Source of the DNA: an uncultured delta proteobacterium
Lineage (GTDB): Bacteria > Myxococcota_A > Polyangia > Haliangiales > Haliangiaceae
Direction: 5' to 3'
DNA length: 64,000 nt
NCBI GenBank assembly: GCA_963774445.1
Contig: CAVZFC010000035.1
Location: 261,470-325,469, forward strand
Each line of letters starts with the position of its first letter. The stretch's first letter is position 1. Under the pieces are notes generated by a model. It did not search any database. It was not told the origin of the DNA and saw nothing but the letters and a program-made list of their open reading frames with translations. The position numbers and the translations under genes are program-made. Of this stretch, positions 59,958 to 64,000 are shown piece by piece.

Positions 59958-61274
59958 ATGCGTAACCTCAGCATCATCGTCATGACCCTCGGACTCGCAG
60001 CGGTCGTCGCTGCGTGCGGCGGCCCCGCCAAGGGGGCCAACGCCCCGCACGGTAAGGGGGGCACCGTCGGCAAGGTCAACACCTCGGGCAAGCACGCCAA
60101 GCAGGCCCCCGATCGCAGGGTCTCGAAGGACGCCAAGAAGGACTTCGCCGAGGCCGTTGCCATCCACAACAAGGCGGCCGCCGACGGCTGGACCAACGAC
60201 GAGTGCAACGACGTCGCCTCGAAGTGGGACGACGTGGCCAGCGAGCACCCCAAGCTGGTCGAGGCCCGGTACAACGCCGGCCTCGCCTATCACTCGTGTG
60301 GGATGCTCGACAAGGCCGAGGCCGAGTACAAGCAGGCGCTCAGCATCGTCGGCAGCCACGCGCCCAGCATCTCCAACATCGGCGAGATTCGCTTCAGCCG
60401 GGGCGATGTCAACGGCGCCAAGGCTCAGTGGGAGCTGGCGCTGAAGGCCGACTCCAAGCTGGTCGCGGCGCGCAACAACCTGGCCTGGCTGCTCCTCGAT
60501 CAGCTGCGCACCACTACCGACCACTCGGCGTGGACGCGGATCGAAAAGGAGGCACGCGATCAGCTGTCCAGCGTGCTGGCGGTCGATCAGTCCAACTACA
60601 AGGCGTACGTCCTGTACGGGCTGGTCTACCTCGAGGGCTCCGATCGCAACAAGAACCGGCTCGATCTGTCGAAGCTGCTGCTCGACGAGGCCAAGAAGCA
60701 CAACGAGAACTACCCGCCGCTGCAGAACGCCTACGGGCTGCTCTACCTGCGACGCAACTCGCCGGGCCGCGCGCTGGAGAAGTTCTCCAAAGCGGTCGAG
60801 CTCGATCCGGACTTCCTCGAAGCGCGGATGAACGTCGGCAACATCACCCTGAACTTCCGCAAGTACGACGTCGCCGAGCAGCAGTTCTCGTACGTGCTGA
60901 AGAAGCAGCCGAAGAACTACGACGCCCTCATCGGCCAGGGGATCGCCGAGCGCGGCCTGGGCAAGATCGACGACGCGGAGAAGAGCTACCTGGCGGCGCA
61001 AAAGGCCGACAGCCGCCGGCCGGAGGCCTACTACAACCTGGGCGTCCTCTATAAGGACTTCCGGGCCAACAAGGCCAGCGACCTGCAGGGCTCGATTGCC
61101 ATGTACGAGAAGGCCAAGGGCTACTTCGGTCAGTTCCTGACCAAGCCGGGGATCAACGGCGACGACAAGGAAGAGGCCAAGGACAACATCCAGGACTGCG
61201 ACAAGACCGTGAAGCAGATTCGGGATGCCATCGCGGCCATGAAGGCGGCCGACGAGCCCGCTCCCAAGAAGTAG
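59958..61274 (+). CDS. TPR-repeat lipoprotein (GltE/AglT/NfsE-like)
   Basis: Lipobox LAAVVAACGG. TPR repeats. 438 aa. Confidence 0.55.
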   Translation: MRNLSIIVMTLGLAAVVAACGGPAKGANAPHGKGGTVGKVNTSGKHAKQAPDRRVSKDAKKDFAEAVAIHNKAAADGWTNDECNDVASKWDDVASEHPKLVEARYNAGLAYHSCGMLDKAEAEYKQALSIVGSHAPSISNIGEIRFSRGDVNGAKAQWELALKADSKLVAARNNLAWLLLDQLRTTTDHSAWTRIEKEARDQLSSVLAVDQSNYKAYVLYGLVYLEGSDRNKNRLDLSKLLLDEAKKHNENYPPLQNAYGLLYLRRNSPGRALEKFSKAVELDPDFLEARMNVGNITLNFRKYDVAEQQFSYVLKKQPKNYDALIGQGIAERGLGKIDDAEKSYLAAQKADSRRPEAYYNLGVLYKDFRANKASDLQGSIAMYEKAKGYFGQFLTKPGINGDDKEEAKDNIQDCDKTVKQIRDAIAAMKAADEPAPKK

Positions 61275-61289
61275 CGTTCGACCGAGGGG

Positions 61290-61327
61290 CCATGGGGGCC
61301 TGCCGCCCCCATGGTCTTTCTTTTTAA
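61290..61327 (+). terminator. rho-independent terminator
   Basis: ccatgggggc-ctgcc-gcccccatgg. 10-bp GC stem followed by tctttcttttt. Confidence 0.6.
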
Positions 61328-61493
61328 GTTGCTGGAATCATTGGTTTACAACCTCCGCCGTTGGCGGGGTGTCCGGGTTCACGGTACGGTACGCTCCTCG
61401 CCGCAACTTTTTTCGGAACCCCGCGCTGTAGTCGGTGTCAGACCCCTCGAGATGCGATTTCGAGGCAAGCCGGCTGCGGAAAGGAATTCAGCC

Positions 61494-61754
61494 ATGAAGC
61501 GTGCCTTGTTTGCCTCGATCATCGCTGCTCTCGCCCTCGCTTTCGCCGCTCCCGGCGTGGCACAGGCGCAGAAGAAGAAGGACAGCAAAGCCAAGGTCAA
61601 GACCTACGACTTCAGCGGTGACACCATCGACGGCGCCCTCGTCAAGCCTGACGGGGTCGAGGTCAACGCGCGGACGTTCGCCAGCCACACCAGCCTGATC
61701 AAGATCCGGACGAACTTCATCAAGGAAATCTTGAAGTCCGCCGAGGACCTCTAG
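61494..61754 (+). CDS. small secreted protein (GltF/NfsF-like by size and position)
   Basis: 86 aa. Signal peptide ...APGVAQA. Confidence 0.45.
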   Translation: MKRALFASIIAALALAFAAPGVAQAQKKKDSKAKVKTYDFSGDTIDGALVKPDGVEVNARTFASHTSLIKIRTNFIKEILKSAEDL

Positions 61755-61856
61755 TCCTCCCCGGGGACCTAGTCCTCGACCGAGATCGATTCGGGCCCAC
61801 CGGCTGCTGTTCGCGCACTGTCTTCCCAGACGAGAGATCGAGACGGAGCAACGAAC

Positions 61857-64000
61857 ATGGCCGGTGGAAAGATCCCCCTCACGTTCCAAATTTTCAAGGG
61901 CGACCAGCTCGTCCGCGAGGAGACGCTGACCCAACCGGTCATCAAGGTTGGCAAGCTCTCCTCGTCTCACCTGCGCCTCGATGACGACAGCGTCAGCCGC
62001 ATGCATGCGGTGATCGAGGTCTCGGGTGCTGACGACATCAGCATCATCGACCTGGGCTCGACGAAGGGCACCTTCGTCAACGGGCAGAAGGTCAACAAGG
62101 CCAAGCTCCAGTCCGGCGACGAAATCACCCTGGGTGACACGCGCATCGTCGTGAACGTCGGCGGCGCTGCCGACGACGCCGGCGATGACGAGCCGACCCG
62201 GGTGCAGGTGCAGGCCGCACCACCGGCGCAGGCCGACGTCATCGCATCGTCTCCGCCGCCGCCGATGGGCGCGCCGCCGATGGCCGCCTCTGCGCCGCCA
62301 CCGGTTGCCGCGCCGCCGCCCGTTGCCGCGCCGCCGCCTGTCGCCCCGCCGATGGCCGCGGCCGCGCCGCCGGTCGCGCCGCGGGGCATGGCGCCGCCGC
62401 CGGGCATGCCGGGTATGGTGCCGCCGCCGGGCATGGTGCCGCCGCCGGGCATGCCGGGCATGGCGCCGCCGCCGGGCATGGCGCCGGCACAATTCGGCTT
62501 CGATCCCATCGACGACATGACCGGCGCTCGCGCCATCGAGGTCGCGGCCATGCTGGGCGACTCGGTCGTCGGCGTGAAGCACGTGATGAACCCGCGCAGC
62601 GGCAAGGTGCAGCCGGTCACCTACCTGTTGTTCGGTCTGTGCAGCGCGCTGCTGCTCCTGGCGTTCATCGCCTTCGGCAAGGGGGTCTCGCTGGCCAAGG
62701 CCAACAAGGCCGCGCTGCACCACCACGTCGAAGTCCTCAAGCTGCCGTACCACGAGTTCCGTCCGATGCGGCAGAGCCCGATCTGGGACTTCCTCGCCTT
62801 CGGCGGCCTGATCGGCGGCATCACCTGCGGCACCTGGGGCCTGGTCCGGATGCGCAACGAGAAGGTGTCGCCGTTCTTCAAGATCGGCAGCGCCCCGGAC
62901 GTCAACTTCGCGACCGACGGCGCCGTGCCGACCGCGTCGTTCGCGCTGGTCGCGCCGTCGGGTGACGACTTCGTCTTCAACTTCGCGCAGGGCATGGAAG
63001 GCGAGATGATGCTCGGCTCCGAGTCCACGCCGCTCTCCGAGCTGGCGGGGCAGGGCCGCGCACGCCAGTCCACGTCTGCACTCGGTGCCCTCGAGGTGCC
63101 GATTCCCGACAAGGCGCGCATCCGCGTCAAGGCCGGCCACAACACCTTCATGGTGTCATCGGTCGCGCGGCCGCGCTCCAATCCGGCGCCGCTGTTTGCC
63201 GGGCTGTCGATGGCCGTCTTTGCCTTCTTTCTGGGCTCGGCCATCGTCCACTTCGGCTTCGTCGCGCTGCTCAACGCCATCCCGCCCGATCCCAAGTCGC
63301 TCGCCCTCGATCTGGGCAGCGGTGAGGGGCGCCGCACCCACGTCGAGTCCAAGGCCGAGGAAGAGAAGGTCGAGGACGAGGAAGACACGGTGGACAAGGA
63401 CTCCGACGAGGACGAGGGCGGCACCGGAACCGCCGAGGCCTTCGAAGAGGGCAAGATGGGCAAGGAGGACTCCGACCGCGAGAAGGGTCGCTACGCCATC
63501 GAGAACAAGGGCGTCCCGCCGCAGCTCGCGCGCAAGCAGGCCGTCAATCAGGCCCGTACCGAGGGCATCCTGGGCAGCGGCCTGCAGGAGCAGCTGACCA
63601 CCCTGACCGGCTCGGCCGACTTCAGCTCTGGTCTCGACGACCGCACCGTCTACGGCGGTCGCCTGGGCGACGAGGTCGGTGAGATGGCTGGCGGCTTCGG
63701 CACCGGCGCCTCGGGCTTCGGTCCCGGCGGTGGCGGCACCGGATTCGGCACCATCGGCTCCGGCCGGTACGGCACCATCGGCCACGGCTCGGGTACTGGC
63801 TCGGGCTACGGCTCGGGCTCCGGCCGCGGTGGCATGAAGGGCCGCCGGTCGGTGACCCCACAGGTGCGCATCGGCAACGCGACCGCGACCGGCGATCTCG
63901 ACAAGAACATCATCCGCCGGTACATCCGCCGCAAGCTGCCACGCATCAAATACTGCTACGAGAAGCAGCTCCTGGTGAACCAGGGCCTGCAGGGGACCGT
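61857..64000 (+). CDS. FHA-domain / Pro-rich / TM / TonB-C-like protein (GltG/PglI-like), partial, continues beyond window
   Basis: FHA domain (VIKVGKLSSSHLRLDDDSVSRMHAVIE...GSTKGTFVNGQKV). (PPG/PPVA)n linker. TM helices. C-terminal ...DLDKNIIRRYIRRKLPRIKYCYEKQ. Confidence 0.65.
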   Translation, partial: MAGGKIPLTFQIFKGDQLVREETLTQPVIKVGKLSSSHLRLDDDSVSRMHAVIEVSGADDISIIDLGSTKGTFVNGQKVNKAKLQSGDEITLGDTRIVVNVGGAADDAGDDEPTRVQVQAAPPAQADVIASSPPPPMGAPPMAASAPPPVAAPPPVAAPPPVAPPMAAAAPPVAPRGMAPPPGMPGMVPPPGMVPPPGMPGMAPPPGMAPAQFGFDPIDDMTGARAIEVAAMLGDSVVGVKHVMNPRSGKVQPVTYLLFGLCSALLLLAFIAFGKGVSLAKANKAALHHHVEVLKLPYHEFRPMRQSPIWDFLAFGGLIGGITCGTWGLVRMRNEKVSPFFKIGSAPDVNFATDGAVPTASFALVAPSGDDFVFNFAQGMEGEMMLGSESTPLSELAGQGRARQSTSALGALEVPIPDKARIRVKAGHNTFMVSSVARPRSNPAPLFAGLSMAVFAFFLGSAIVHFGFVALLNAIPPDPKSLALDLGSGEGRRTHVESKAEEEKVEDEEDTVDKDSDEDEGGTGTAEAFEEGKMGKEDSDREKGRYAIENKGVPPQLARKQAVNQARTEGILGSGLQEQLTTLTGSADFSSGLDDRTVYGGRLGDEVGEMAGGFGTGASGFGPGGGGTGFGTIGSGRYGTIGHGSGTGSGYGSGSGRGGMKGRRSVTPQVRIGNATATGDLDKNIIRRYIRRKLPRIKYCYEKQLLVNQGLQGT

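Overview
This is a high-GC (~70%) bacterial chromosomal window whose gene content and codon style are most consistent with a myxobacterium (Myxococcota). That assignment is an inference, as no search was run. Most long ORFs in the six-frame track are antisense artefacts of high GC. I kept only ORFs whose translations carry recognisable family signatures.

Housekeeping genes that are clear from the sequence:
- glmS, moaC, hemL and gyrA.
- A split F0 operon atpZ-atpI-atpB-atpE.
- coaX, rimO and hmgA.
- The rpsP-KH-rimM-trmD-rplS-yraN ribosomal cluster.
- tRNA-Gly(GCC).

Accessory and unusual content:
1. At the window start, a DUF4157 (zincin-like HExxH) 824-aa protein. It is translationally coupled to a secreted protein and followed by a partial AAA+ ATPase.
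2. A MotA/TolQ-like protein plus two TolR/ExbD-like proteins (AglRQS-like topology). They sit next to a secreted protein that is a paralogue of the C-terminal domain of a 1193-aa TPR protein found 48 kb away.
3. That TPR protein sits in a GltC-D-E-F-G / Nfs-like gliding-sporulation envelope cluster at 54.5-64 kb. Its last gene is an FHA/TonB-C-like protein that runs off the window.
4. A very unusual lipoprotein built of Cys-Asp-Pro repeats (motif CGPDGSGCCDPSDPNC). Next to it is a double-frameshifted paralogue, then an ECF sigma / anti-sigma pair.
5. A roughly 65-bp near-perfect palindromic REP-like element at two convergent-gene junctions. A degenerate copy is embedded in-frame inside the anti-sigma gene.
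6. A truncated AMP-ligase remnant. It is divergent from a phage-type Dam-like methyltransferase whose catalytic motif reads NPPG.
7. A single open frame fusing an Fe-ADH (frameshifted), a carboxylesterase and homogentisate dioxygenase.
8. An orphan 573-aa N6-adenine methyltransferase.
9. A TrmD-SpoU-like fusion.
10. A multihaem cytochrome fused to an unknown N-terminal domain.

I found no CRISPR array, rRNA or obvious transposase.
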